A stretch of 64,000 nucleotides of DNA from Patescibacteria group bacterium (GTDB taxonomy: Bacteria; Patescibacteriota; Patescibacteriia; Buchananbacterales; SURF-54), in contig JAHIRB010000007.1 of NCBI GenBank assembly GCA_018818885.1, forward strand, positions 121,089-185,088. Reading direction: 5' to 3'. The notes beneath the pieces were generated by a model. It was given only the letters and a program-made list of their open reading frames with translations, did no database searches and was not told the origin of the DNA. The position numbers were made by a program, and so were the translations under genes. Every line of letters begins with the position of its first letter. Positions within the stretch are counted from its first letter, which is position 1. This document shows, one piece after another, positions 48,161-57,956 of the stretch.

Positions 48161-49570
48161 TCATCGATTTTGGGCAAAAAATTTGTTTATATATGATATT
48201 AACAATAGTACTGCAATTGGAATAATTTGCATATTTGCTCTTATCATTGCGTTGAGGCTTTGCGATTTATCAGTAAACATAAATACAAAATTGTATAGTG
48301 CAAAAAGCAATAAAAAAGCAAAAGTCATTTTTTGTAAAGATTGACTATGATAAATATCTTTAATCTTTAATATCATTATTATAAACAAAGCTATCAATAA
48401 AAAACTAAAATGACTTCTAAAAAGTAATAGCGAAAACCATCGAGTGAATTCACTAACCTGAAATATCATATTAAAACTACTTGAATCCCCGCTTAAAACA
48501 TCAAGATCATATAACCAACGAAACAATAACCATGGAGATACAATAAACAGTGATGTTAATAAATATTTAATTGACGTCTTAAATCTTAGTTGCTTACTAA
48601 TTACTAAAAAGATCATAAATATTATTAGTGACGGCAACACCAAGGCAAAGCCTTCATTCTTTGTCCAAATGCTAAATGCCAAACCAAATGCAGAGATATA
48701 TAAATATGGTTTATCTCTTGTTTGCAGATACATAAATAAAGCGCTGTAGGCCAAGAATATGAATGAAGTGATTTCTAAATCAGCATAGGCAATTCGAGAA
48801 TGGAGAACAAGAAACGGCAAACTAGCTAACAAGTATGTACTAATCAATTTTATTGTGCGAGAAAATATCTTTGGCAATGATTGATAGAACAAAAATATCA
48901 AAGCAATATAAAAAACTAAGGAATATAAATTAATTACATTTTCGTTCCATTTTGTAAGTAGTGACGCTTGCCATACTTTAAGTAGAGGATCATTTAAAGG
49001 ATAACTCTTTATTCCTCCACCCAAAAAAAATTCGTTTGGCTTGTTCATTGGCAACTGATGTTGTGTGTAAATAACTTTCGGACGAAGATTCCAATTATTC
49101 CAGGCATCAAAATCGTAGGTTGGATTATGAATAATTTGATAAGCACCTAAAACTGACTGGGATAGAACATAAATGACAAGCAAAGTAAGTAATATTAAAT
49201 TTAATTTTTTCCACTTTATTATTTCTTTTATTTTCTTAACCTCTTTATAACATTTCTTAAAACTAAATTCACTTTTAAATTTAAAATGAATAATTTCTAG
49301 CAAAATTATTGGCGTAATCATCATTGGTAACAAAGTTCTACCAACTAAATTTCCGCCAGTCCACGTATATATAAAAATTATTGTTGTCATCAATCCAATA
49401 CCGATCAGAAATGATACGGCAAGCTTGTACAAGTATGCCAAATTGTCATGTTTATCTAATAACGAAACAACTACCCAGCCCAAATACCAAGGGACTAAAT
49501 AACTAATTGTAATTATTAGTATATCAATCATATTCTTTAAAAATAAATGATGTTGAGTTAAATGATGCAA
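48161..49570 (-). CDS. Polytopic membrane protein, GT-C-like glycosyltransferase
   Basis: FDAWNNW, YPL, YADL, WTKNEG motifs and many TM helices; true start probably the ATG at 49534. Confidence 0.65.
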   Translation of the reverse strand: MHHLTQHHLFLKNMIDILIITISYLVPWYLGWVVVSLLDKHDNLAYLYKLAVSFLIGIGLMTTIIFIYTWTGGNLVGRTLLPMMITPIILLEIIHFKFKSEFSFKKCYKEVKKIKEIIKWKKLNLILLTLLVIYVLSQSVLGAYQIIHNPTYDFDAWNNWNLRPKVIYTQHQLPMNKPNEFFLGGGIKSYPLNDPLLKVWQASLLTKWNENVINLYSLVFYIALIFLFYQSLPKIFSRTIKLISTYLLASLPFLVLHSRIAYADLEITSFIFLAYSALFMYLQTRDKPYLYISAFGLAFSIWTKNEGFALVLPSLIIFMIFLVISKQLRFKTSIKYLLTSLFIVSPWLLFRWLYDLDVLSGDSSSFNMIFQVSEFTRWFSLLLFRSHFSFLLIALFIIMILKIKDIYHSQSLQKMTFAFLLLFALYNFVFMFTDKSQSLNAMIRANMQIIPIAVLLLISYINKFFAQNR

Positions 49571-50630
49571 TTACTTCGCCAGCATCTGACAAAACTTCGT
49601 CCCCTGAATAAAGCTTATTATCGTCTGCATTATATTTAATACTTGCATTTTTGTAGACAACATAGTATTTAGAATTTAACGAGTCGCGTCTGACTAAAAT
49701 CGGGTAGAGATAATATTGTAGTTTTCTATTGGTGTCGTCGTAAGTACCAATTGCAGAATAATAATTTATCATTTCGACTTTATCAGGTAAATTGTTATTT
49801 ACAAAATCAATAAACTGGTATAAATCTCTATCGTTTCGAAAAACTTTTTCCTCGTACTTTGGTTTTATCCAGTTTTGATAATCATCTTTAGCGTAAGATA
49901 TGAATTCACCGCTAACTCGTAGATCGATTACAATCCACATTATCAATAATATTACGATGGCTGTTTTTTTATACTTCTTCGAATACAATAAAAATAATAT
50001 TGCCAAAATAATAATTGGCAACAAATATGCAATTGTTGGGCGTCCAAAAATTTGCGGAATGGCAAAAAAGTTTGGGGTATAAGGTGAATAGCTGTCAGTT
50101 ACAAAAAAATCTTTAAGCGCTACTCCTACCTGTTTTATACTATTATTTTTAGTTAGTTTAATTTCTTTGATTGTAATTGTGTTTAATTGCTGATTGACTG
50201 CAATAATTGCAATGTTTTCGATATCTTTTTTAAAGTAAGGCCTACTTAAGGAAAAATTGTATGTTTGCAGTTCATCACTCTTTTTTATTTGATATCGCAT
50301 ATCATAAGTACTTTCTGCTGTTTTTTGTACATCAGCAACAGTTCTTAGCTCAAAATCTGAATCTGATTTTAAAGTTATTTCAAGATTATTATAGTCCTTA
50401 AACTCAAATTCGCCTTTTGGCACAACAATATATGATTTCCCCTGTCCTTTAACTGTTAATGTATTATCTTGAGCGTTGGCTGATACATCTTGAAAATAAA
50501 AAAACTCTAAACCAAAATCATTAATACTACCATCTTGGTTTAGATCAAACTGCCACAAAATCTGCTGATTTTGAGCAAAAACAAAACTTGGTAATAACAA
50601 AAGAAAAAAAAATATTAACCAAGTCTTCAT
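49524..50630 (-). CDS. Secreted/membrane hypothetical protein
   Basis: Signal peptide, beta-rich domain, two TM helices, YYLYP motif. Confidence 0.65.
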   Translation of the reverse strand: MKTWLIFFFLLLLPSFVFAQNQQILWQFDLNQDGSINDFGLEFFYFQDVSANAQDNTLTVKGQGKSYIVVPKGEFEFKDYNNLEITLKSDSDFELRTVADVQKTAESTYDMRYQIKKSDELQTYNFSLSRPYFKKDIENIAIIAVNQQLNTITIKEIKLTKNNSIKQVGVALKDFFVTDSYSPYTPNFFAIPQIFGRPTIAYLLPIIILAILFLLYSKKYKKTAIVILLIMWIVIDLRVSGEFISYAKDDYQNWIKPKYEEKVFRNDRDLYQFIDFVNNNLPDKVEMINYYSAIGTYDDTNRKLQYYLYPILVRRDSLNSKYYVVYKNASIKYNADDNKLYSGDEVLSDAGEVIASFNSTSFIFKEYD

Positions 50631-50640
50631 ATAAGTTTAA

Positions 50641-51069
50641 TTATGGGTATTGCTGACGGCAAGTATCTTCACACTCAAATGCTTTTTGACCATCTGCTTC
50701 TTGCTCGCATTTTTCTACACAAGACTTACAACCCATAAACATATGGCTTTCTGCAAACTCGCATTCTGAACCAACTATTTCGCATTGAGCAAATTGACGG
50801 CAGAAATCCCCTAATTTATAAACTGCCGTACAAGCATCTGGTGGGTTTGGACCACATACTATATCTAAACCATGACAATTTTCTATGGCGCAGTTTGGTG
50901 GTGGCGCAGATGGTACTCCGTGTTTTACCCAATTGCCGTTGATATTAAGCCAAGTATCTTCTTCACCTCTCACAAACATCATAATCAACACAAGGCCAAC
51001 AAGAGCGATAGCGATAATGCCGATTGTGACAGCGATTTTTTTCACTTGTGGTGCGTTTGTCGAACTCAT
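50641..51069 (-). CDS. Membrane-anchored cysteine-rich protein
   Basis: TM helix, EDTW...GNWVKHGVP, then a Cys-rich C-terminal half. Confidence 0.7.
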   Translation of the reverse strand: MSSTNAPQVKKIAVTIGIIAIALVGLVLIMMFVRGEEDTWLNINGNWVKHGVPSAPPPNCAIENCHGLDIVCGPNPPDACTAVYKLGDFCRQFAQCEIVGSECEFAESHMFMGCKSCVEKCEQEADGQKAFECEDTCRQQYP

Positions 51070-51073
51070 AGAT

Positions 51074-52033
51074 TTATACTACTTCTTTTCTATCATATTC
51101 ATCGATAATTTCTTCACCAATAATTTCTTCTATTACGTCTTCAATGGTAATGATTCCCAACACATCTTCTTTGGTATTTTTGACTACGAAAAGATGATGC
51201 CTGGTGTGCCTAAAAGCATTTAAAACTTCGTCTAATTTTTTATTTTCCGTTACATAATGAACGTGTCTTCTCATTACATCAACAATGAGTTTGTTTTCAC
51301 TAACATGTATGAGGTCTTTTACATATAAAATCCCGACAATATTATTTTTATTTTTTTTATAAACTGGAATACGAGAGTGACCATAAGTCTGGATTTTTTG
51401 TATCATTGCTCTATCTAGCGCTGCGTCTGCAGAAATAAAAAAAACTTTGCTTGCATTTGTCATGGCAACTTTTACTTTTTTGTCTGAATACGAGAGCGCG
51501 CCCTTAATTATTTTTTCTTCGTCTTCATCAATTAGGCTTCGAGAAGAATCTTCGTGATCTTCTACCATTTTTATGATTTCTTTTTTTGAATATATTGTTA
51601 AACGCTCATCACCTAGCAACCAGTCGAGTAACCACGAAAGAGGCCAGCAAACTGGATAGAAAATAAAAATAAAAAATTTAACTAACCAAGCAAATTTGTA
51701 TCCTACAAAAATTGCATATCGGCTAAATGTTGCTTGAGGTAAAATTTCTCCAAAAATTACAATTAAAATTGTTGCTACTACTACGGCAAAGATGCTTGTC
51801 GTGATTGTGCCTAAATAAACTGAAAGTGTGGTGTTAACTAAAACATTTCCAATCAATAGTGTACACAAAAGTAAATTACTTTTTTGTCTAACCTTATATA
51901 TTGCTTGAGCTTTTTTATCTCCTAGTTCTGATTTTCTTTTTAGCTCGTCTTTATTAAGACTAAAATAGGCTAAAGTTAAACCAGAAAAAATTCCAGAAAA
52001 TCCTACGAGTATAATTATAATAAATATGTACAT
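51074..52033 (-). CDS. CNNM/DUF21 + CBS domain protein (CorB/TlyC-like)
   Basis: SGIFSGLTLA, LLCTLLIGNVLVN, IFGEILPQA, GHSRIPVY, GIITIEDVIEEIIGEEIIDE. Confidence 0.92.
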   Translation of the reverse strand: MYIFIIIILVGFSGIFSGLTLAYFSLNKDELKRKSELGDKKAQAIYKVRQKSNLLLCTLLIGNVLVNTTLSVYLGTITTSIFAVVVATILIVIFGEILPQATFSRYAIFVGYKFAWLVKFFIFIFYPVCWPLSWLLDWLLGDERLTIYSKKEIIKMVEDHEDSSRSLIDEDEEKIIKGALSYSDKKVKVAMTNASKVFFISADAALDRAMIQKIQTYGHSRIPVYKKNKNNIVGILYVKDLIHVSENKLIVDVMRRHVHYVTENKKLDEVLNAFRHTRHHLFVVKNTKEDVLGIITIEDVIEEIIGEEIIDEYDRKEVV

Positions 52034-52036
52034 AAA

Positions 52037-52372
52037 TTATTTTAAGGTTTGGTTTAATGCGTAAGTTATAATTGATAAAATTACACTAAACAGCAATGCC
52101 CACCAAAATGTTTTGACATCAAAACCTGGAACAATCCAAGCAACTAGCATAATCAATAACGCATTAATAACAAACGTAAATAAACCTAATGTTAAAATAT
52201 TGATAGGAAGAGTCAAAATTATTAGTAGTGGCTTAATAAACGCATTAATCAAACCTAAAACTAAAGCTGCAACTAATGCAGCCCATACTCCAGCGACCAT
52301 AACACCAGAAAGCAAGTAGCCGGTAATTATTATTGCCAAGGTTGATATCAACCATTTTATAACAAAAGTCAT
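52037..52372 (-). CDS. YvlD/DUF360 (phage holin-like) membrane protein
   Basis: LGLINAFIKPLLIILTLPINILTLGLFTFVINA. Confidence 0.88.
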   Translation of the reverse strand: MTFVIKWLISTLAIIITGYLLSGVMVAGVWAALVAALVLGLINAFIKPLLIILTLPINILTLGLFTFVINALLIMLVAWIVPGFDVKTFWWALLFSVILSIITYALNQTLK

Positions 52373-52471
52373 ATTAAAAAATTATGATTTATATAATAAG
52401 TATATCAAGATTTGCTAAATAAAAAAACCTCCAAATCGCTTTGGAGATTTTTTTATTTGAACTACTAATCT

Positions 52472-52753
52472 TTACAAAAGTGAGTCTTTAGCAGCTTTAG
52501 CAACTCTGAATTTTACAACAGTTTTTGCAGGAATAGAAATTTCTTCGCCAGTAGCTGGGTTTCTTCCCATTCTTGCTTTTCGGTTTACTTTTACAAGTTT
52601 ACCAACACCTGGAATGACAAATTCGCCATTACCTTTTACTTCACTAAAAGCAAGTTCTACGAACTTGTCTAGAAAGCTTTCTACGTCTTTTTTGCTCATT
52701 TCAGTTGCTTCAGCCATAGCTGTAAGCATCTGAGATTTGGTCATTTTAGCCAT
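52472..52753 (-). CDS. hup: HU family DNA-binding protein
   Basis: MTKSQM, GVGKL, RKARMGRNPATGEEISIPAKTVVKFR. Confidence 0.93.
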   Translation of the reverse strand: MAKMTKSQMLTAMAEATEMSKKDVESFLDKFVELAFSEVKGNGEFVIPGVGKLVKVNRKARMGRNPATGEEISIPAKTVVKFRVAKAAKDSLL

Positions 52754-52835
52754 AATTTTTATAAATTATTTATTTTAGTTATTCACAATGCTTTGATAAG
52801 TATACATCAAATCATAAAAAAAGCCAATATATATA

Positions 52836-53249
52836 CTATTTTTTATTAAATTTTCGATATTCTAAAATCATAGTTACATCACGTACTACTACAGCTATAC
52901 CAATAGCTTTGTTATTTTTTTCTATGAGTGACGTGCTAAGTTCAATAATTCTTTTATTGCCTTCTTTGGTCTTTGCTTCTACGCGATACCTATCTGCTGA
53001 ATAACCTTTGGCTGCATGCGTGAAGGAAGCGATAATTTTTTTTAAACTCTTCAGCGGAAAAATCTTTACCAGCTTCATGGCATTTTTGCCTTCTAAATCT
53101 GATCTTTTATAATGCCCGATTTCTAAAAGTGTTCTGTTTACTTTTAATATTTTGCCGCTTAGATTTATGATAATCACTCCTTCGTTGAGGTTTTCGATTA
53201 CTAAATCTAGATTTTCTAGTATGTTGTTTGATGGTGTTTTGTTTGGCAT
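52836..53249 (-). CDS. Stand-alone PAS domain protein
   Basis: ENLNEGVIIINLSGKILKVN, TKEG, VVVRDVT; no output domain. Confidence 0.8.
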   Translation of the reverse strand: MPNKTPSNNILENLDLVIENLNEGVIIINLSGKILKVNRTLLEIGHYKRSDLEGKNAMKLVKIFPLKSLKKIIASFTHAAKGYSADRYRVEAKTKEGNKRIIELSTSLIEKNNKAIGIAVVVRDVTMILEYRKFNKK

Positions 53250-53306
53250 ATCTTGTTTATTATAACATTTTTGCCTTAAATAGAAAAACGTGGGTAAACC
53301 ACGTTT

Positions 53307-53341
53307 TAAGTAGTAAGTTATAAGTTGTAAGTTATAAGTTT
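53307..53341. repeat. Five TAAGTTA-type heptamers (left arm around the four-helix-bundle gene)
   Basis: TAAGTAG TAAGTTA TAAGTTG TAAGTTA TAAGTTT. Confidence 0.8.
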
Positions 53342-53343
53342 GC

Positions 53344-53694
53344 TTAATTCATACTATTAGATAGTCCAGTGAGCATTCTGCCGATTTCTCTTGCTTTTTC
53401 TGTTAGATCTTCTCCAATATCCTTTTCTATATAACCAAGTTCATAACTTAATAGAAAATAGTATTTTAGTTCCTCTAAAGAAGTCTGTGCAATAACTAAA
53501 AAATGCCGGCGATCTTTCACGGTTTTTCTCTTACTGCCTTCTGCGATATTAGCAGGGATAGAAATTGCTGACCTTCTCATTTGACTCGTAAGTGCAAACA
53601 TCTCTGATTTTGGAAACTCATCAGTTACTTGATAGACATATTTAACTAATTGATGCGCCTTCAGCCACACTTTTAATTTCTTAAAGTTTTCCAT
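53344..53694 (-). CDS. Four helix bundle protein (23S rRNA IVP / TIGR02436-like)
   Basis: LKVWLKAH, FPKSEMFALTSQMRRSAISIPANIAEG, SLEEL. Confidence 0.92.
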   Translation of the reverse strand: MENFKKLKVWLKAHQLVKYVYQVTDEFPKSEMFALTSQMRRSAISIPANIAEGSKRKTVKDRRHFLVIAQTSLEELKYYFLLSYELGYIEKDIGEDLTEKAREIGRMLTGLSNSMN

Positions 53695-53700
53695 ATTTGT

Positions 53701-53735
53701 ATACTTAAAACTTATAACTTATTGCTTACTGCTCA
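53701..53735. repeat. Five TAACTTA-type heptamers (right arm, inverted relative to 53307-53341)
   Basis: ATACTTA AAACTTA TAACTTA TTGCTTA CTGCTCA. Confidence 0.75.
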
Positions 53736-53789
53736 ACAACACAAAAAGCGCCTTAAGGCGCTCGCGTTGATTTGTTTAATTTATTTATT

Positions 53790-53972
53790 CTAAGCCTTTG
53801 AAATATCCCCTTCTTTTGCTTTATAATTCTCTGTACATTCCTTACAACATTGTAGTTGATTTAGTTTTTGAACATTATGGGTAACCTCAAAAAGCTCGTG
53901 GGATTCTTTGCCACAACATTGGCAATATCTTGGTTCGCCAGTTATAAATTTGTCTTTTTTGTCTTTTTTCAT
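53790..53972 (-). CDS. Small Cys-rich (putative zinc-binding) protein
   Basis: CQCC and CCKEC clusters; ATG directly after the helicase stop. Confidence 0.55.
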   Translation of the reverse strand: MKKDKKDKFITGEPRYCQCCGKESHELFEVTHNVQKLNQLQCCKECTENYKAKEGDISKA

Positions 53973-53976
53973 ATTA

Positions 53977-55251
53977 TTATCTTTTACTATTTTTATGATG
54001 ACCTCTAGATGATCGTTTATTATCTTTTTTATAATAATGCTTTCTAGGCCCTTGCTGGCTAAACTGATTTTGTTTTTGGGTACGGTTTTGATTTAAGTGA
54101 GGTAATCTTTCTTGTTCTGCTACAAGCTCAGGCAGAGATAATACTGGTAGTGATTTACGAATTAGTAATTCAATTTTTCTAATATCAGCTTTTTCAGAAG
54201 GCGTAACAAATGATATAGCTTTTCCAAATTTGCCGGCACGTCCGGTTCTACCGATACGGTGGACATAATCTTCTGAGTTATCTGGTAGATCAAAATTAAT
54301 CACGATTGAAATATCTTTTACATCAATACCGCGAGAAGCAATGTCAGTTGCAACCATTACGCGAAATTTTCCACTGATAAATCCTTCTAGTGCTAGTTTT
54401 CTTTGAGCTTGGGAACGGTTGGAATGAATTTCTGTTGCTGTATGATACATATTACGAATATCACGAGCGATACGTTTTGCTCCGTGCTTGGTTCGTGAAA
54501 AAATCAAAATCTTTTCTGTGCTATATTGTTTCAGTAAAGTATCAAGTAATCGTGTCTTATTATTTTTTGTGATAACAAATACTTCTTGTTCTACGTTTTC
54601 TGCTGCGGTTCCTTGCGGTGCAATTTCAATTCGAAGCGGTAGCTTCATAAATGAACTAGCCAATTGTGAAATGGAATTTGGCATTGTTGCAGAAAACAAC
54701 ATTGTTTGGCGCTGTTTTGGCGCAGTTTGTAAAATACGTTTTATTTCTGGTAAAAAACCAATGTCGAGCATGCGGTCTGCTTCGTCTAGAGTAATAATAC
54801 TTACCTTATTAAGCCTGTAGACTCCTTGGTTCATTAAATCAGCTAAACGTCCTGGAGTGGCAATAACAATATGAGGATTATTTTTTAGAGCCTGTACTTG
54901 TGTGTGCTGAGAAACTCCTCCAATAACTACAACGGAACGTAATCCTAGCGGAGCGCCAACAACTTGTAATGCTTGTTCAACCTGAAGTGCAAGTTCGCGT
55001 GTTGGTACAAGAATCAATCCTTGCCCCTTATAAGTTCCGATGCGTTGAATCATCGGGATACCAAAAGCTAGTGTTTTTCCGGTTCCGGTTTGAGCAATAC
55101 CAACAACGTCTTTCCCTTGCAGAGCACCAGGAATAACTTGACGTTGAATAGGTGTAGGAATTTTAAATCCCTTGCTGGTAATAATTTCAAGAAACTTTTC
55201 TTCTATTCCAAAGTCGTTAAAACGACCAATAAATTGTTTTAATTGTGTCAT
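53977..55251 (-). CDS. DEAD-box RNA helicase
   Basis: PTPIQ, AQTGTGKT, PTRELA, TPGRL, DEAD, SAT, HRIGRTGR; start placed at the ATG at 55251 rather than the track TTG at 55329. Confidence 0.95.
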   Translation of the reverse strand: MTQLKQFIGRFNDFGIEEKFLEIITSKGFKIPTPIQRQVIPGALQGKDVVGIAQTGTGKTLAFGIPMIQRIGTYKGQGLILVPTRELALQVEQALQVVGAPLGLRSVVVIGGVSQHTQVQALKNNPHIVIATPGRLADLMNQGVYRLNKVSIITLDEADRMLDIGFLPEIKRILQTAPKQRQTMLFSATMPNSISQLASSFMKLPLRIEIAPQGTAAENVEQEVFVITKNNKTRLLDTLLKQYSTEKILIFSRTKHGAKRIARDIRNMYHTATEIHSNRSQAQRKLALEGFISGKFRVMVATDIASRGIDVKDISIVINFDLPDNSEDYVHRIGRTGRAGKFGKAISFVTPSEKADIRKIELLIRKSLPVLSLPELVAEQERLPHLNQNRTQKQNQFSQQGPRKHYYKKDNKRSSRGHHKNSKR

Positions 55252-55490
55252 AAAATAATGTGTGACCCAAGGTCCTTTCAGGGTCACGCTGACACAAAAA
55301 GATTCGAGTCGCTTGAAAAATTTATCCAAGCATTCATTAATAATATACTATATCAAAAATAATATGTTTTGTCAAGCTTTTTTAAAATTATACGAATATA
55401 TATCTAAAAACCGTCAAATTTCATATATAAATTAAATATACCAAAAAAAACCGCCTTTCAACTCACAAGACGGTTTTTTAAGTTAATATT

Positions 55491-57026
55491 TTATTGATTG
55501 TTTAAAGCATCTCTGGTTTTTGAACCCACATAACCAACTGGATCAAAGCCACTAGCTTGTTGGAAAGCTTTTACTGCCTTTGCGGTAATAGATCCATAGT
55601 AACCAGTGCTTTCTATCGAAAGAGGAAAATATCCTAGACTTTTTAGCAGATCCTGTAATTTGACTACCTCATTATTCTTTGTACCTATTGTTAAATTTAA
55701 AGTAAAAACTACTTCGTTTTCTTCGTCCGCTACTACTGGTGGAGGTGTAACTTCAATTAGTCCTGTATCTTCATAAATTTCAGTTGGAACAATTTCTATT
55801 ATGTCTCCCCAATCAAAACCTTGCTCGTTAAATGCTTGTTCAGAAGCAATCCACTGTTTTTTTCCATCTACTATTAAATAAACTGCTGAACGGTTCTGAT
55901 ATTTAACTAGCGTTCCATCAGGATGTTTGCTGGTAGAAAAAATATCATCGCCATCTGGATATGCAGCTAGCTGAACATCACTAATAGTGATAACATCCTG
56001 CCAAGAATAATTTAGTGCGTAAAAAACTAAATCTGATATGATTAATCTTTTAGCTCCACTTGGACTTAGATAATATACTTTTTCACTACTACCTTTAACT
56101 AATTTTCTTGGACTTGGTTTTCCGCTTAACTCGCTACCTACCGGTATTACACTTATATCAGCTTCTATCACGTCATCCCAATTATAACCATAAGATTCAA
56201 AAGCCTTGGCGCTAACAATAGGTTTTTTAACACCACCAATAACTAAATAAATGGAAGATGAATTAATATCTTTTACTAACTTTCCCTCATAATTTGATAC
56301 CATCATAGAATCTTTACCAGCCTTATCGTAAATAATATAATCATTTAAATAAACAAAATTCCCCATATTGGTTTTGACCATAACATACACAGTCTTTTCA
56401 CCCTCAACATCTCTTAATACCCAGGGTAAAGTATTTTGATAAGCGATAAATTCCTCCTCTTCTAATCTGCCTGAATTAGAAACCTTCATCTCTACTGCAT
56501 TACTGACATTTATAAACAAGGTGACACTCCTACTATTAGTTGATGACAAATCTTTATTAATACTGAATTCGTATTCATTAACATCAGTAATTCTTAATTT
56601 TACTGTATAAACATCATGATCAATGCTTTTTAACTCTATTAGTAAATCAGTATCACCGTTGTTATCGCTATCAACTAATATTTCGTCTCCCTCGAATAAT
56701 GTTCCGATTGATTTTGATTGTACTAATATTTCAGCTCGACCTATTTTTTCTCCATTGATAATTAACACTTCAACTTCTCTAACTCCAACACTGTGTGATT
56801 TGTAAGCCAACTTAACTGCCTTGGTAGTGCCCTTGGCGAAATCCACAATTTTTGAAGCTTCGTCTTTAATTGGCGCAATACATGACGAAGTATTTTCTCC
56901 CTCGCAAGGTTTTAATACTTTATCATCGAAATAATCATTGTAGGCATCTAAATCTATGGCTAATGTTGGGCTAATAGTAAAAACAAAAACCATGAAAATG
57001 ACAGTTAGCACAGTAATAAGTTTCAT
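55491..57026 (-). CDS. Secreted cell-surface protein with C-terminal peptidoglycan-binding domain
   Basis: Signal peptide from ATG 57026; three LVK...VY...G.K...F...G..W.D repeats; VVKLQDLLKSLGYF...TGYYGSITAKAVKAFQ. Confidence 0.8.
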   Translation of the reverse strand: MKLITVLTVIFMVFVFTISPTLAIDLDAYNDYFDDKVLKPCEGENTSSCIAPIKDEASKIVDFAKGTTKAVKLAYKSHSVGVREVEVLIINGEKIGRAEILVQSKSIGTLFEGDEILVDSDNNGDTDLLIELKSIDHDVYTVKLRITDVNEYEFSINKDLSSTNSRSVTLFINVSNAVEMKVSNSGRLEEEEFIAYQNTLPWVLRDVEGEKTVYVMVKTNMGNFVYLNDYIIYDKAGKDSMMVSNYEGKLVKDINSSSIYLVIGGVKKPIVSAKAFESYGYNWDDVIEADISVIPVGSELSGKPSPRKLVKGSSEKVYYLSPSGAKRLIISDLVFYALNYSWQDVITISDVQLAAYPDGDDIFSTSKHPDGTLVKYQNRSAVYLIVDGKKQWIASEQAFNEQGFDWGDIIEIVPTEIYEDTGLIEVTPPPVVADEENEVVFTLNLTIGTKNNEVVKLQDLLKSLGYFPLSIESTGYYGSITAKAVKAFQQASGFDPVGYVGSKTRDALNNQ

Positions 57027-57042
57027 ATTAATTAAGTTAAAT

Positions 57043-57258
57043 TTATTTGATAAAAAATTCAAAAGCATAGTAAGCCAGAAATGCTGGCCAAACTAAAGCT
57101 TTTAAAAAACCAACAACTCCCATCCAGAATGTTGCAGCATGACCAATAAAATAGACAGCTGCACCAATTAATCCAAAACAATAAACAGCAGATCCGCCGT
57201 TATTCATGTTTTGTTTGATATGTTTCTTTGGGTGCTTGCATTTTTCTTGTTCTTCCAT
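57043..57258 (-). CDS. Small membrane protein
   Basis: GLIGAAVYFI...FWMGVVGFLKALVWPAFL. Confidence 0.7.
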   Translation of the reverse strand: MEEQEKCKHPKKHIKQNMNNGGSAVYCFGLIGAAVYFIGHAATFWMGVVGFLKALVWPAFLAYYAFEFFIK

Positions 57259-57340
57259 AATTTTTGATTAAATAATTTAGGTTAATATAATTATACCACT
57301 TCAATCAATTCAATGTAAACAAAAAAACCGCACTTCGTAA

Positions 57341-57481
57341 CCACCCCCTCCTGTCCTCCCCCTTCGTAAGGGGGAGGGACACGGGTTAGTATGTTGGGTG
57401 TAGTATGTGTGAACGTAAAAATCAAGCCAAGCAACATATTTGCACTCCCCCTCCTTCACAAGAAGAGGGTCGGGGAATGGT
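57341..57481. repeat. GC-rich REP-like palindrome pair at the 3' end of the DUF559 gene
   Basis: CCTCCCCCTT-CGT-AAGGGGGAGG (57355-57377) and an inverted degenerate copy at 57445-57481. Confidence 0.6.
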
Positions 57482-57824
57482 AGTTTCGAATCACTTCAAT
57501 CACGCCTTCAATATTTGTATAGACATCATCATTAGTAAAACGTAAAAAACTAATATCGAAAGTTTCAACATAACGTTGTCGTTCTATGTCATATTTTATT
57601 ACTTCTTCACTCATATAATGTGAATCACCATCAATCTCAATGGCTAACTTTAATTCTGGACAATAAAAATCTAAAACATATTTATCAACACTATACTGAC
57701 GTCTAAATTTGTATCCTAGTTGTTTGTTTTTGAGATAAGACCAAAGGATTCTCTCTGCTTTTGGAGATCTATTTCTAAGGACTTTTCTTATTGGAGTAAG
57801 TGTATATTTATTAAAAATACGCAT
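57456..57824 (-). CDS. DUF559 / Vsr-like endonuclease domain protein
   Basis: LR...AERILWSYL, KFRRQY, YVLDFYCPELKLAIEIDGDSH, LRFTN. Confidence 0.9.
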   Translation of the reverse strand: MRIFNKYTLTPIRKVLRNRSPKAERILWSYLKNKQLGYKFRRQYSVDKYVLDFYCPELKLAIEIDGDSHYMSEEVIKYDIERQRYVETFDISFLRFTNDDVYTNIEGVIEVIRNYHSPTLFL

Positions 57825-57921
57825 AATTTTTTTAATAAATTATGTGCTCGTGTTGATTGATATTTTATTTTCCTAATTTTTACATACAATAACTCACCTG
57901 TCAAACAATATAAACAACTAA

Positions 57922-57956
57922 TAGCTTATTGCTTACTACTTATAACTTAAAAACTA
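57922..57956. repeat. Orphan TAACTTA-type heptamer array
   Basis: TAGCTTA TTGCTTA CTACTTA TAACTTA AAAACTA; same type as 53701-53735. Confidence 0.65.

Noticed and set aside
35624-52372. Prophage (excisionase-like HTH and holin-like gene)
   Set aside because: No integrase, terminase, capsid or tail genes; both families are common in chromosomal contexts.
36285-53694. RT plus four-helix-bundle (Avd-like) gene as a diversity-generating retroelement
   Set aside because: The RT has retron motifs (NAxxH, LPQGSPCSP, ITG) rather than the DGR GxxxSQ pattern, the genes are 16 kb apart, and I saw no TR/VR pair by eye. A self-alignment would settle it.
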